A stretch of 64,000 nt of DNA from Thermoanaerobaculia bacterium (GTDB taxonomy: Bacteria; Acidobacteriota; Thermoanaerobaculia; Multivoradales; Multivoraceae): contig OY761158.1 of assembly GCA_963664405.1 (NCBI GenBank), positions 2,400,001-2,464,000 on the forward strand, given 5' to 3'. This document shows positions 30,735 to 41,953 of the stretch, piece after piece. Within the stretch, counting starts at the first letter, position 1. Each line of letters begins with the position of its first letter. The translations under genes and the position numbers were made by a program. The notes beneath the pieces are model-generated. The model saw nothing but the letters and a program-made list of their open reading frames with translations. It was not told the DNA's origin and did no database searches.

Positions 30735-31835
30735 CACCCCTCCGCAGCTGCTCGGCGAGGTACTCGGAGGTGCGCCAAGCGAGTGCCTTGATGGTGTGGG
30801 TCGGATTCTTGTCCGGGCAGGACACGAACGGGGCCGCGTCCGCGACAAAGAGATTCGGCACCTCCCAAGCCTGGCTGAAGCCGTTGAGAGCGGAGCTCCG
30901 AGGGTCGGCCCCCATGCGCACACAACCGAGCTCGTGGATGATCGAGCCACCCTTCGAGATTCCCTTACCGTCGCGGCTGGGATTGGAGATGCCGCCGGCC
31001 CTACCGCCCATGCGATCGAAGATGTCGCGGAAGGTTCGCTCCATATGCCGAGCCTGCTTCCACTCGTAATCGGTCCAGCTCCAATGGAAGCGGAGCACCG
31101 GAATCCCCCATTCATCGACCGTATCGGAGTCGATCTCGCAGTAGCTCCGGAGATTCGGGATCATCTCGCCACGACCGGCGAGGTTGATGCGAGTGCCGTA
31201 GCCCTCGCGCAGCGCTGCTTTGAGACTCGCCCCGTAGCCGCCGTGGCGCCCCGCCGCGCCGCTGAAGCTGCCAAGCATCGGCATAAGGAAACCGCCACCG
31301 ATCTCGATGTGGTACCCGCGCGGGAAATCCTTGTTCTTCTTCGTGTGCTCCCACCAGGGACGAAGCGCTCGACCTTCTCGTAGTAGGGCGCAACTTCCTC
31401 ATACGAGATCGGCCAGTCTGTTCCCAATCCGTCCGTCGTATAGGGCTCGAAGTCGTAATCGGAGAAGCGAAGCGAGATGCGCCCCCAATGGTTGGTCCTG
31501 CCGCCGAGGATGCGCGAGCGGAACCACGCGAACTCACTGCCGTCGGCGACGCTGTAGGGCTCGCCGGGGATCTGCCAGAAACCGTTGGGCGCCGAGAAGA
31601 AGCTCCTCGGTGCCCTTCCGAAGTAGCTCGCGGCGTCATCGAAGGCGCCACGATGAGGCACCTCGTGAGGAAGCATGTGCTCTTTGAAGTCGGTAAGCGG
31701 GTCGATCATCCCACCGGCTTCGAGGAGCGCCACTTCAACGCCGAGGTCAGTGAGGACCTTGACGGCCGTGCCGCCGCCGGCCCCCGAGCCGATGACGACG
31801 ACATCCCATACCTTGGGAGTCTTGATGACCTGCAT
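30727..31835 (-). pseudogene. GMC oxidoreductase, internally deleted
   Basis: VVIGSGAGG...LGGRTNHWGR, frame break near 31362, then IIHELG...KNPTHTIKALAWR; middle part missing. Confidence 0.85.
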
Positions 31836-31916
31836 CTGTGGGCTAATGCTATCTCGATTGCGAGGTTCCGCCCGACGACACGCCCGCTGACGAGAGGGCG
31901 ACCTGAGTCAGATCGA

Positions 31917-32294
31917 TCAATCCACGGAGAGCAACTGCCCGGCGAAAACGCGGGTCTCGAGGTCGATCTCGCCTTCGGAGCGAATGCGATCACCGTTCGA
32001 GATCTCGATCGCGGGAAAGCTGAACTTCCAGCGATGCTCGCCTTCGACCTGTTGCCAAGTTCCCTCGCCCACACCGGTCACCCAGGTGCCGTCGTCGAGA
32101 AAGGCCTGGCCGAGCCAGGTACAGGGGCCACCGGTCGCGCCGCTCTCGAGCGGCACGCTCAAGGTACCGAAAACCGTTCCGAACCCGGTCGCGCTGCCCT
32201 CCCAATGGGAGCTGGCGACGACTACGCCGTCCGCGTTCTGGGTGAAGCTACTGCCCGTGTGTTTGTGCGAAAACTCTCCTAGTGGCTCCGACAT
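31917..32294 (-). CDS. Hypothetical protein
   Basis: GGGAGG RBS; beta-rich 125 aa ORF. Confidence 0.7.
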   Translation of the reverse strand: MSEPLGEFSHKHTGSSFTQNADGVVVASSHWEGSATGFGTVFGTLSVPLESGATGGPCTWLGQAFLDDGTWVTGVGEGTWQQVEGEHRWKFSFPAIEISNGDRIRSEGEIDLETRVFAGQLLSVD

Positions 32295-32371
32295 GCGAAA
32301 CCCTCCCTTGAATGGTAAAACGTCCGACCAGACTAGCTCGCCGGATCCCTCCGCGCAAGTTAGACTTCGCG

Positions 32372-33880
32372 ATGACAATCCCTGCTATGAGACCCTTTCC
32401 ACTGACGCTCCTGCTGAGCCTCGTCGCGGCATTCGCCTGCTCTCCATCCGCGGCACCGCCGAGGGGATCGGCACCCCCCGAGGAGCCACGCCTCAACGTT
32501 CTGCTCATCACCGTCGACGACATGAACTGGGATTCGGTCGGCGTCTACGGCGCGGCGATCCCCGGCATCACACCGAACATCGACCGCCTGGCGGCTGAGG
32601 GGCTGCGCTTCGAGCACGGCCACGTCACCATTGCCATCTGTCAGCCGACGCGGGCGGTTTGGATGACCGGACGTTACCCCCACAATAGCGGTGCCCTCGG
32701 CTTCGAGCCGATCCGACCGGAGGTGCCGAGCCTGCCGGAGGCGCTGCTTGCCGCGGGCTACAGGACGGGCGTCATGGCAAAACACGGCCACGTACTCCCC
32801 TCCCGACCCCAGGCGTGGAGCGAGATCGTCCCAGCGCGGGAGCTCGAGAACGGACGCAGCCCGTCGCTGTACTACGAGCGAGCACTCGCTTTCTTCCGCG
32901 CATCCGAGAGCGCCGGACAGCCCTTCTTCCTCATGGCCAACTCGCAGGACCCGCATCGTCCCTTCGCGGCCAGCGAGACGGAGGCTCGAATGCGCAAGAC
33001 CAGCGCCCAAAGCACAAGTCATCAGTACGGCGGAAGCTTTCCGGAGACCGAGCTGGCCTACGATCCCGCAGAGATCCCGCTTCCCGGCTTTCTGCCCGAC
33101 CTTCCGGACATCCGCCGTGAGCTCGCCGAGTACTACACCTCGGTCCACCGGGCGGATGCCACAACAGGGGCGTTGCTCAGCGCACTCGACGAGGCCGGGG
33201 CCGCGCCGCGGACCATCGTGATCTTCCTTTCCGACCACGGCATCCCGCTACCGTTCGCAAAGACCAACGTCTGGCTCCATTCGACAAAGACCCCGTGGAT
33301 CGTGCGATGGCCGGGAGTGGTGGAGCCCGACACGGTGGACGGAGGGCACGTGGTCGCGGGGGTCGACCTTGCACCCACGATCCTCGATGCACTTGGCCTC
33401 GACAATCTTGCTGGCGCCGATGGTCGCTCCTTCCTCGGCTTGTTGCGCGGCGAAGAAGAAGACGGTTGGGACTACGCCTTCACCCACATGAACTCGACGA
33501 TCGCACCGAAATGGTTCGGGATGCGCTCGATTGTCGGTCGCCGCTTCGGCTACATCTACAACGCATGGTCTGACGGCGAGACCGAGTACTTCAACAACTC
33601 CATGCGTGGTTTGACCTTTCCGGCCATGGAGGCCGCCGCGGCGACGGATCCGGCGATCGCGGCTCGGGTCGAGCACCTGCGCTACCGGACGAAGGAAGAG
33701 CTCTACGACTACTCGCTCGACCCAGACGCCTTGCACGACCTTGCCGACGATGAGCGCTTCGGCGCTCGACTCCAAGAGTATCGAGAGCTGATGCTCGCCG
33801 AGATGCTCGCGACAGGAGATCCAGAGCTCGAGGGATACCAGACGTTTCTGGACGGGCTCTCCGAGCCGAAGCGACCCTAG
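32372..33880 (+). CDS. Sulfatase (N-sulfoglucosamine sulfohydrolase-like)
   Basis: NVLLITVDD, CQPTR, DPHRPF, SDHG. Confidence 0.92.
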   Translation: MTIPAMRPFPLTLLLSLVAAFACSPSAAPPRGSAPPEEPRLNVLLITVDDMNWDSVGVYGAAIPGITPNIDRLAAEGLRFEHGHVTIAICQPTRAVWMTGRYPHNSGALGFEPIRPEVPSLPEALLAAGYRTGVMAKHGHVLPSRPQAWSEIVPARELENGRSPSLYYERALAFFRASESAGQPFFLMANSQDPHRPFAASETEARMRKTSAQSTSHQYGGSFPETELAYDPAEIPLPGFLPDLPDIRRELAEYYTSVHRADATTGALLSALDEAGAAPRTIVIFLSDHGIPLPFAKTNVWLHSTKTPWIVRWPGVVEPDTVDGGHVVAGVDLAPTILDALGLDNLAGADGRSFLGLLRGEEEDGWDYAFTHMNSTIAPKWFGMRSIVGRRFGYIYNAWSDGETEYFNNSMRGLTFPAMEAAAATDPAIAARVEHLRYRTKEELYDYSLDPDALHDLADDERFGARLQEYRELMLAEMLATGDPELEGYQTFLDGLSEPKRP

Positions 33881-33942
33881 CCTCCAGTTGTTATCCTTTC
33901 CTCCGGCTGTTCCTAGGAGTCTGCGCTAGGAAAAGAACGAAA

Positions 33943-34044
33943 CCGCTTCCCGGAGCGAATAGGAAGCAACGCCCAAGTGCGCCGTCCTCGGCGCCAAAAG
34001 GCAACTAGCCGTAGGAAGTGATAGCCATCACTTCTGGAGGCTAG
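33943..34044 (-). repeat. Repeat family A copy (plus degenerate inverted copy 33877-33910)
   Basis: CTAGCC..GAAGTGAT-N4-ATCACTTC..GGCTAG core starting at the TAG stop of the epimerase gene. Confidence 0.85.
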
Positions 34045-35090
34045 CCCGACCTCAATACCGGCTTGATCTTCGCCACAGTCAGCATCGACTCCACACAGTC
34101 CCTCACAGATTCATCGAGAGGACGGAAGCAGATAGGCACCACGGCGCGGATCCGATCGTTGCGAAGATCAGTGCCCCAAAAGGTGGCAACGACCTCCTCT
34201 CTATGCCGCCTCGCTTCGTCATCGAGATCTTCGTTGAGATCTGGCGTGGCGTACCCGAGCTCCGGTAGCAAACGATCGATACTGGTACAGATGTCCTCGA
34301 GGTTCGCCCTCTCGGTCGAATACGCGATGTAGCGTTCTCCGTTCGCCACCTGCACGCTTTCCAGCAGGCCGATCTGGCACTCCGCGGTATCCCGCACGTC
34401 GACCGTATGCCACGGTCTGCCGCCGTGGACGCCGGGATCGCACTCACCGAGCAACATGAGCTCGATCAGGTGCTGCCAGGGGCCCCCGTTCTTCTGGTGT
34501 GCTGACTGGATCGGGCCGACATTGTCGGCCGGACAGCAGGTGATGGCATCCCATCGGCCGTGCGGCCCAGCTGCATCGGAAAAGGCTCGCTCCGCCAGCA
34601 CCTTCGCTTTGGAGTAGCCACTGACTTGCGGATTGTTCTCATCGGGATAGCGGTCTTCGTAGATGACCGGCCGCCGCACCATCTCCGGCGGGTTACGTTC
34701 AGAGACCACGGCGGCTATGCTGGAGGTAACGATGACGCGCGATACCGATTCTGAGTCGTCCACACTCTGGATGATGTGATCACACACCGTCTTTGCGTAG
34801 TCGAGATCGTCATAGCTACTGACGTGAGAGACATGAGCGACGCCGTGACACCCCTTGAAGATCTCGTCAAAGCATCCGGCGTTGTCGAGGTCCGCCGCGT
34901 GCAGAGTCAGCCGGCCGGAAGCGTAGCCCGGCATCGACTTGAGAAAATCTGTCTTGACGGGATCGTCACTGTCGCGGACGCAGGCTCGAACACGATAGCC
35001 CTTGTCGAGTAGCCTCCTGACCACCCAGCCGCCGATAAATCCAGCTGCGCCGGTAACCGCAACTCTTCCGCCTCTTGGAATTGGGGGCAT
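34041..35090 (-). CDS. NAD-dependent epimerase/dehydratase (dihydroflavonol reductase-like)
   Basis: VTGAAGFIG, TSSIAAV, YSKAK. Confidence 0.9.
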   Translation of the reverse strand: MPPIPRGGRVAVTGAAGFIGGWVVRRLLDKGYRVRACVRDSDDPVKTDFLKSMPGYASGRLTLHAADLDNAGCFDEIFKGCHGVAHVSHVSSYDDLDYAKTVCDHIIQSVDDSESVSRVIVTSSIAAVVSERNPPEMVRRPVIYEDRYPDENNPQVSGYSKAKVLAERAFSDAAGPHGRWDAITCCPADNVGPIQSAHQKNGGPWQHLIELMLLGECDPGVHGGRPWHTVDVRDTAECQIGLLESVQVANGERYIAYSTERANLEDICTSIDRLLPELGYATPDLNEDLDDEARRHREEVVATFWGTDLRNDRIRAVVPICFRPLDESVRDCVESMLTVAKIKPVLRSG

Positions 35091-35138
35091 ATTTTCTTTC
35101 CTTCAATCGGTCCTTCGAGGCGCGCGACGGACAGAGAC

Positions 35139-37262
35139 TCAGGGACCGGACTTCCCGGTTATCAGGACTTGACCGAGCTCGGCGGGGCCAGCCCCGAGCT
35201 CGAGCTCACCCGGGGGGAAGTCGTTGGCCGCCATGATGTAGGCCAGGATGTTGAGATAGGTCTGCTCGGGCAGACTGTTGGGCGCGCCGGTAGGCATCTC
35301 GGTCCGGATCGCCGTGAACAACTCGTGGAGTGACTTGTTTTCCCAGAGAAACAGGAAGCTGACGCCGACCAGGCTCGGCGAATTGCTGTCCCCGCGAAGA
35401 TCCTCCGCGTGACACAGGGCACAAGACTCCCGGTACTGCGCTGCCCCAAGCTCGGCCTGTTGCGCAGAATAGACGCCGTCCCAAACCGACCCTTCGGGCT
35501 CGACCCCGGTGGTGGAGCGCGACGCGCTCGCAATTCGGGGCGAAGCCACTTTGACTCCCCGCTCTGGAAGGGAGAAGACGTGGATCGAGTTGCCGTGATT
35601 CGGAGGACGGATGTGCGGTACCAGGTCTCGCGGCACCATAGTCGACCAGCTCGCCCCTCCGGTGCCCGCGGGCAACGCGACATACTGCTTGCCGTCGGCC
35701 AGGTATGACACCGGGAAGCCCTGGGCGGAAGTGGGAAGCCGCGTCTGCCAGAGAATCTCGCCGCTCACCGCATCGTAGGCATACATGTGGCGGTCCCAAT
35801 CTCCCGCGAAGACCAACCCCCCGGAGGTGGTGAGAGCGGCGGTATTGATCGGTGACGGCGTTCGGTGACGCCACATGATGTCTCCTTCGGCGACGTCGAT
35901 GACCAACAGCTCACCCAGATTGCCTTCGGAATAGGGATGCATCGTGTTGATCCGTCGAACCGGGCCCGTCCCACCGCCGCCCAAGACCCGTTCGGTGGGG
36001 CCGAAGGTCGCCTTCTCGCAATTCAGCGTTATCGGAATGTAGAGAGCCCTGGTCTGCGGGCTATAGGACATCGCTCGCCAGCCTTTGAACCCGGACGTGC
36101 TCGGACACATGTCGATCTCGACACCGATCTCCGGGATCATCCCCTCACGGTAGGTCACTTCGCCGGTCTTCGGGTCGACGTCGACGATGTTCTGATAGCC
36201 GATGTCGGTGGCGCCGAGGAACTCGCCGGTGGTGCGATCGAGCCGCCAGAGGATCCCGAGCTTGCCCATCTTGAAGAGCTGCTTGCGCCCCTCGACATCG
36301 ATGAGGAGGCTCTCGAAGACCTCGTCCATGTCGTGGGTCTCACCAGGCAGGTACTGGTAGTACCACTCCAGCTCGCCGGTGTCGGGGTCGAGGGCCAGGC
36401 TCGAGTTGGTGTAGAGCGCATCCCCTTCGGTACCGCGGACCGCCCGGGCCCAGGGCTTGGCTTGAGCGGTGGCCCAGTAGACGAGCTTGGCCTCGGGGTC
36501 GTAGCTCCCGGCGATCCACGCATCGCTTCCGGCCCTGAATCGCAGCGGTAGATCACCCCAGCTGTCCCCGCCGGGCTCCCCCGGGCGCGCCACCGTGGAG
36601 GTGCGCCATAGCTCTTCGCCGGTCCCGGGGTCGTGACCGGTGATGAAGCAGACATCGTCTTTGTAGCGTCCGCACCCGGCGATGCCGGTAATGACCTTCC
36701 CGTTCGCGATGATCGGGCCGGCGGTGTACCTGTAGCCCAAGTCCGGGTCGGCCGTCTGGGTCTCCCACACCTGCCTTCCGGTCCGTGCGTCGAGGGCCAC
36801 AATCGTCGCGTTCGGCATAGCGGCGAAGAGCTTGTCGCCAAAGATGGCGATGTTTTTCTGCACCCCACCGCTGACGCCGGCGAAGTCGGGTCGGTACTCC
36901 CAGATCAGATCACCGGTGGCCCCGTCCATTGCCTGGACCACTCCGCCTGGGTTCGGAAGATAGAGGACGCCGTCGTGCGCCAGGGGTGCCGTTTCTTGGG
37001 CGCCGGTGTCATCCATGGCCCACGACCATGCCAGCTGGAGCTGTCCGACGTTCTCGGTCGTGATCTGGTCGAGGGGGCTGTGCCCCCATGCATTCTGGGT
37101 GCCTCTCCAGTTCAGCCACTCACCCGGCGCCGGGTTGCGCAACATCTCTTCGGAAACCGGGTTGAAGTCGGTTGTCTGCGCTTGGATGCCGGGGTTTACC
37201 AACAACACCACGGCAAAGGCGAAAAAGAGGCATCGAGCTCGCAAGCCGTTAAGGTATTCCAT
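35139..37262 (-). CDS. PQQ-dependent dehydrogenase with C-terminal cytochrome c
   Basis: PQQ propeller motifs; CALCH; paralog of 24154-26367. Confidence 0.9.
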   Translation of the reverse strand: MEYLNGLRARCLFFAFAVVLLVNPGIQAQTTDFNPVSEEMLRNPAPGEWLNWRGTQNAWGHSPLDQITTENVGQLQLAWSWAMDDTGAQETAPLAHDGVLYLPNPGGVVQAMDGATGDLIWEYRPDFAGVSGGVQKNIAIFGDKLFAAMPNATIVALDARTGRQVWETQTADPDLGYRYTAGPIIANGKVITGIAGCGRYKDDVCFITGHDPGTGEELWRTSTVARPGEPGGDSWGDLPLRFRAGSDAWIAGSYDPEAKLVYWATAQAKPWARAVRGTEGDALYTNSSLALDPDTGELEWYYQYLPGETHDMDEVFESLLIDVEGRKQLFKMGKLGILWRLDRTTGEFLGATDIGYQNIVDVDPKTGEVTYREGMIPEIGVEIDMCPSTSGFKGWRAMSYSPQTRALYIPITLNCEKATFGPTERVLGGGGTGPVRRINTMHPYSEGNLGELLVIDVAEGDIMWRHRTPSPINTAALTTSGGLVFAGDWDRHMYAYDAVSGEILWQTRLPTSAQGFPVSYLADGKQYVALPAGTGGASWSTMVPRDLVPHIRPPNHGNSIHVFSLPERGVKVASPRIASASRSTTGVEPEGSVWDGVYSAQQAELGAAQYRESCALCHAEDLRGDSNSPSLVGVSFLFLWENKSLHELFTAIRTEMPTGAPNSLPEQTYLNILAYIMAANDFPPGELELGAGPAELGQVLITGKSGP

Positions 37263-37301
37263 TGGACTCTCTGAGATCCATCAAACGGACGGAAAGCGCC
37301 A

Positions 37302-38762
37302 CTAATCCCCCAGGACCTCCAACTCTCGACGCAGGAGCCGCAAGCGGCTTCGCAGCTCGGTCGCGATCTCTTGGTAGTCGGGGTCGGTGTAGAGGTTCCG
37401 ATACTCCTTCGGATCGACCTCGAGATCCAGGAGCTCCCAGGCCGCCTGGTCCTCCTTTCCAGCCGTGTAATAGCGGATCAGCTTGTAACGATCGGTCCGG
37501 ATGCCGTAGTGCGCGGACACGCCTTGATACTGAAACTCCTGAGCTTCGTAGTAGTGGTAATAAAACGATTGGCGCCAATCATCGGGCAGACGCCCCTCGA
37601 CAATCGGACGCAAGCTTCGGCCCTGCATATCACCGGGAATCGGGACCTCGGCAAAGTCGAGGATCGTAGGCGCATAGTCCACATTCAGGGAAAAGGCATC
37701 GGTCTCGCTCCCGGCGGCAATAACCCCTGGATAACGGATCACCAGCGGAATGCGCAAGGACTCTTCATCCATCAGGCGCTTGTCGAACATCGAATGATCG
37801 CCGATGAACATGCCGTTGTCTGAGGTGTAGATGACCATCGTGTTCTCAGCCAGGCCCTCGGCGTCCAAGAAATCCAAGAAGCGGCCAACGTTCTCATCCA
37901 CAGAGACCATGACGCGCATGTAGTCTTTGACGTACTGCTGGTACATCCAATCCTTCAGCGCATCGCCCTCGAGCTCACCGGGATCCTCCTTGCGCAGCTC
38001 GGCGCCCCACGTTCTCCAACGTCCTAGCAGGTCGGGAACCAGGCGGTTCGTCGCCTGCTGGACAGGAGTTGCCCGAGCCGAAGAATCGTCGCCATAGGTA
38101 GCAGGAAGGGAGATCGTCTCGCCTTCGAACAGACGGTCGTGCTCGGCGGAGGGTACCCATTGGGCGTGTGGCGCTTTGTGGTGGTAGAGCAGCAGAAAAG
38201 GCTTGTCGGGATCGCGGCCGCGCACCCAGTCCATCGCCAGGTCAGTGATGATGTCGGTGACGTAGCCCTGGTGCTGCTTCTCTTCGCCCATCTCGATCAG
38301 GATCGGGTTGTCGTAGACGCCCTGCCCAGGCAGTACGTTCCAGTAGTCGAAGCCGGTGGGCGGGCTCTTCAGGTGCCACTTACCCACCATTGCGGTCTGA
38401 TACCCGGCTTGCTGGAGCATTTTCGGAAAGGTGGGCTGACTGCCGTCGAATCGTTCTCTGTTACCCCGCTGCCCATGCTTATGGCTGTACTTACCGGTGA
38501 GCAGCGTCGCCCGGCTCGGGGCACAGAGCGAGTTGGTGTTGAAGCTGTTGCGAAACAGGATGCCCTCGCGCGCGATGCGGTCGAGGTTGGGCGTTGACGC
38601 GCGCGTGCTGCCGTAGGCCGACATCATCTGCGCGGCATGATCGTCGGTCATGATGTAAACGATGTTGGGCCGCTCGGCGGCGGCCGGCATCGCCAACACG
38701 ATCGCAACAGCCACGAGTCCCAGCCGGCAGAAGGCCCGGCGCGCAAGCTTTATGTGCCACAT
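37302..38762 (-). CDS. Sulfatase
   Basis: PNIVYIMTDD, CAPSR, GKWH, TSDNG. Confidence 0.92.
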   Translation of the reverse strand: MWHIKLARRAFCRLGLVAVAIVLAMPAAAERPNIVYIMTDDHAAQMMSAYGSTRASTPNLDRIAREGILFRNSFNTNSLCAPSRATLLTGKYSHKHGQRGNRERFDGSQPTFPKMLQQAGYQTAMVGKWHLKSPPTGFDYWNVLPGQGVYDNPILIEMGEEKQHQGYVTDIITDLAMDWVRGRDPDKPFLLLYHHKAPHAQWVPSAEHDRLFEGETISLPATYGDDSSARATPVQQATNRLVPDLLGRWRTWGAELRKEDPGELEGDALKDWMYQQYVKDYMRVMVSVDENVGRFLDFLDAEGLAENTMVIYTSDNGMFIGDHSMFDKRLMDEESLRIPLVIRYPGVIAAGSETDAFSLNVDYAPTILDFAEVPIPGDMQGRSLRPIVEGRLPDDWRQSFYYHYYEAQEFQYQGVSAHYGIRTDRYKLIRYYTAGKEDQAAWELLDLEVDPKEYRNLYTDPDYQEIATELRSRLRLLRRELEVLGD

Positions 38763-38889
38763 CTCTGTGCACACATCGTAGTCCGCTTCTGCGAACTTGG
38801 CTATCCGAGTGCAGCGCTGCCTGACGACGGCTCGCGAATCAGACCGCCGCAAAACCGTCACTCGCCCTTAGCGGAACGAGCACTCCGCC

Positions 38890-39017
38890 CTACATCCGCA
38901 ATCTACGAACCCTGAACCCAAGCAACAGGATCGTGAACACAACGAGACCAAGCTGTCCTAGTGTCGGAACCTCCAAGATCGGAAGGGCTCCGCCCGATAT
39001 AGGCGTAGGCGTAGGTG
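38890..39017 (-). pseudogene. IPTL-CTERM sorting-signal remnant
   Basis: TPTPTP linker, EVPTLGQLGLVVFTILLLG, basic tail RVRR. Confidence 0.6.
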
Positions 39018-39059
39018 TTGAAGAAGCTCTCCGCGTCCGCCGGCGCCACCGACCGCGGA

Positions 39060-39490
39060 ACCATGCACCGAGGCGAGAGAGTCGCCGCGCGGCGACAAGG
39101 CGACGCGCCAGGGAGTCTGCTCGAAACCATCCAAAGTTGTACGAAGCTGGCCGGATTCGACGTCCCAAATGCGAACCGTGGAGTCCGACCCCACAGACAC
39201 GAGGGTCTCACCGTCGTAGCTGAAGGACACTGAAGTAGCGTAACCAGCGTGTCCCTCCAGGGTTCTGAACCGCTCGCCGGAATGGGCGTCGATTACCCGG
39301 ATGGCATTGTCCTGGCTACAGATCGTGAGCAGCCTGCCGTCAGGCGAAAAACTGGCGCAGCTCTCCTGTCCCCAACCGCGGGACACATACATCAGCGACG
39401 GGGGATCGACCGTCAGATCCCAGACGCTGGACGAGCCGAACCGGTGCTCTACCAACTGAGTGCCGTCGGGCGAGAACGTAGATTGATTGG
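39060..39490 (-). pseudogene. WD40-repeat protein fragment
   Basis: SFSPDG repeats, TLEGH...DSTVRIWD; no start or natural end. Confidence 0.8.
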
Positions 39491-39698
39491 TCACGGCGCG
39501 GGAAAGCATCAGGTCCGGCGATGCCGTCGCCCGGGCCGTCGACGCCGGGAATGATGCTTCTCGAACCTGTCTCGATCTCTTCGACGGCGTGTTCCTGCAA
39601 CCGACCACGGACTGCCTCAACAAGTGGAAGAGCAGCGAATTCGACAGAGCCCGACCCTCAGCATGCATTCGCTAGCTCAGGAAGACTAATCCGAAGAC

Positions 39699-39736
39699 AA
39701 AAAGCCCCTCGGAGCTCATCGGCTCCGGGGGGCTCT
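39699..39736 (-). terminator. Intrinsic terminator
   Basis: AGCCCCCCGGAGC-CGATGA-GCTCCGAGGGGCT-TTTT just downstream of the aldo/keto reductase. Confidence 0.8.
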
Positions 39737-39753
39737 GCCAATTCAGTGCCGCC

Positions 39754-40707
39754 TCAGACCACGGGGCCGCGCAGCTCGCCCCAATCCTTGGCCATCCCGG
39801 CACCGAGCTCGGTCAGCTGCATCTGCTCCGAACGGTCAAAGGGCTCATAGGCCTTGACCGTAGCGACCGCCTGGTCCAGCTCGGCCACGTTCTTGACCCC
39901 CATAATCGCGACCGAAAGCCCGGGGATGCCGAGCGCATAGCGCACAGCCTTCTCGTAATGCTCCTTACCCGATAGCTTCGCGCCGGTGCCTTCAACGCCG
40001 CCGAGGACCTTCATCGCCACGATTCCTATGCCCTGCTCTCTAGCCGCCGCGAACACCGTCCCTTCGAAGTCGTAGGTGTGGACGTCGACGTAGTTCGCGG
40101 CGCACATCACCGCCTCGATCTTTCCGGTCGAAAGGAGGGTGAGCGCGCGCTTCGGGCGCAAGTGACAGGTCATCCCGACGTGGCGCACGATGCCTTGCTC
40201 CTTGAGCTCCATCAGGCCCTCCAGCGCGCCGTCCGCCCCGAGCAGGATGTCCAGACTCGGGAAGCGATCGGTCCGCCCCACATTGTGGATGTGGACCAGA
40301 TCGAGGTAGTCGGTCTGCATCTTCTGCAGAGATTCCTGCACCTGCCAGATCGCGTCCTGCTTCGAGGTCGCCTCGACCTTGGTGACGAGCACGAACTTGT
40401 CTCGCTTGCCCTGGAGCGCGGGTCCGAGGCGCCGCTCAGCCTGGCGATAGATCGGCGCAGTATCGAGATAATTCACCCCCAGATCAACGGCACGGTCGAT
40501 AACGCGATTCACTTCCTCCTGAGTGACTTCGGGTGCACCCAGGGAACCGGTGCCGATGCCGAAGACGCTCACCTCGATGCCGGTCTTGCCGAGTTGCCGC
40601 CGCTCTAGCCCGTCCGCTGCCCCTGCCTTGGAGCCGGCCACTGCCGCTATCGCTCCCGTCGCCAGTGCCGCCTTGCCTAAATCCCTTCGCGTTATCTCTT
40701 TCGCCAT
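39754..40707 (-). CDS. Aldo/keto reductase with Tat signal
   Basis: TRRDLGK; RRQLGKTG, YLDTAPIY, DYLDLVHIH. Confidence 0.92.
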   Translation of the reverse strand: MAKEITRRDLGKAALATGAIAAVAGSKAGAADGLERRQLGKTGIEVSVFGIGTGSLGAPEVTQEEVNRVIDRAVDLGVNYLDTAPIYRQAERRLGPALQGKRDKFVLVTKVEATSKQDAIWQVQESLQKMQTDYLDLVHIHNVGRTDRFPSLDILLGADGALEGLMELKEQGIVRHVGMTCHLRPKRALTLLSTGKIEAVMCAANYVDVHTYDFEGTVFAAAREQGIGIVAMKVLGGVEGTGAKLSGKEHYEKAVRYALGIPGLSVAIMGVKNVAELDQAVATVKAYEPFDRSEQMQLTELGAGMAKDWGELRGPVV

Positions 40708-40825
40708 TCTCGCTCGCTCCTTCTGAGTGCTGTGCTACGCAGAGCTTACTCCTTCCGCTGGATCCCATCGAGCATATGATGGCTGAGAAGAAGAACCCTC
40801 CACGACGCGACCCGAGGTCGATGAG

Positions 40826-41695
40826 ATGAACAAGCCTGCACTTGTAGTCGCTCTTGGCGTAGCCCTTTTCTGTTGGGAGACGACGGTGAGCGCACAAAGA
40901 AACAGCACCGAGGCCGAGTCTGGAGCGAGGAAGGCCTTGGAGACGTTCATGACCGAATGGAACACAGGCGAGGACGCCAGAGTGCGAACGGCGATGAACT
41001 TTCCCTTCGTGACCTTCGGTGGCGGCTCGAGTGTTGTCGTAAGCGAGACCGCCGAGGACTTCTCCCAAGGCTTCGACCGGTTGCGAGAGCGGTACGGATG
41101 GGACAGCAGCTCCTTTGACTACGATTCACTGAAGATATTCATGTCCTCAGCGGACAAGGTCCATCTCGCGCTCGACTTCAACCGCTACCAGGCGGATGGG
41201 GAGCTTTACTTCACCGGCAACGTCTTCTACGTCATTACCAAGAAAGAAGATCATTGGGGGATTCAGATGCGCTCCGGTGGCGGCGGGGAAGAGCCGTCAG
41301 AAGACCGCGCCGAAATCCTCGCCGGCGCCCGCGCCGCGGTTCTCGGCTATATGAAGGCCTTCAACGCGGCTGACGCCGATGAGACCTCTAGTCACCTCAA
41401 TTATCCCCATCTCTTCATGATGGGGGGACGGGTGGCCCTGGCGGAGGATGGTTCGGCGAGACCCAATTTCGAGCAGATGCGCACCTCCGAGGGTTGGCAC
41501 TTCAGCACTTTCGATTCTCTGGAGCCAAGCCTGGTCACGCCGAACAAAGTCCACTGGGAGATCGTGTTCAGCCGCTGGCATCCCGATGGGACGCGCTATT
41601 GGTCGGTTCCGGCGATGTGGATCACGACCAAGGTGGGAGATCACTGGGGCATTCAACTTCGCTCGCTGATGCCGGCGACCTTTGACGAGAGGTAG
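40826..41695 (+). CDS. Secreted protein with two tandem NTF2-like domains
   Basis: Internal duplication KVH...WGIQMRS / KVH...WGIQLRS. Confidence 0.8.
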   Translation: MNKPALVVALGVALFCWETTVSAQRNSTEAESGARKALETFMTEWNTGEDARVRTAMNFPFVTFGGGSSVVVSETAEDFSQGFDRLRERYGWDSSSFDYDSLKIFMSSADKVHLALDFNRYQADGELYFTGNVFYVITKKEDHWGIQMRSGGGGEEPSEDRAEILAGARAAVLGYMKAFNAADADETSSHLNYPHLFMMGGRVALAEDGSARPNFEQMRTSEGWHFSTFDSLEPSLVTPNKVHWEIVFSRWHPDGTRYWSVPAMWITTKVGDHWGIQLRSLMPATFDER

Positions 41696-41728
41696 CACGT
41701 CAGGCTCGAGATGGAATGAGCTCGAGCC

Positions 41729-41835
41729 TTAAAACAGCTTCTCCAGCTCCTGCATCCAGTCGAGGACGACGTGGATGCGAGCCCCCTGGCCGCCGTCGGC
41801 GCGCTCGACGACCAGAAAGCCGCTGCCATCCCTAC
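41729..41835 (-). pseudogene. C-terminal remnant of kinase/TolB-propeller protein
   Basis: RDGSGFLVV...IHVVLDWMQELEK resembles the typical C-terminus of that family. Confidence 0.5.
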
Positions 41836-41953
41836 TTCCAGACTCATCTTGAACCCGCCGGGTTTCTAGTGGACGCGACGCTCCCATGTGGGATTCCCAG
41901 TCCCATCGCTCTCTACGATGCACCCCTATAAGCAATGGAGTATGCTTCTTAGT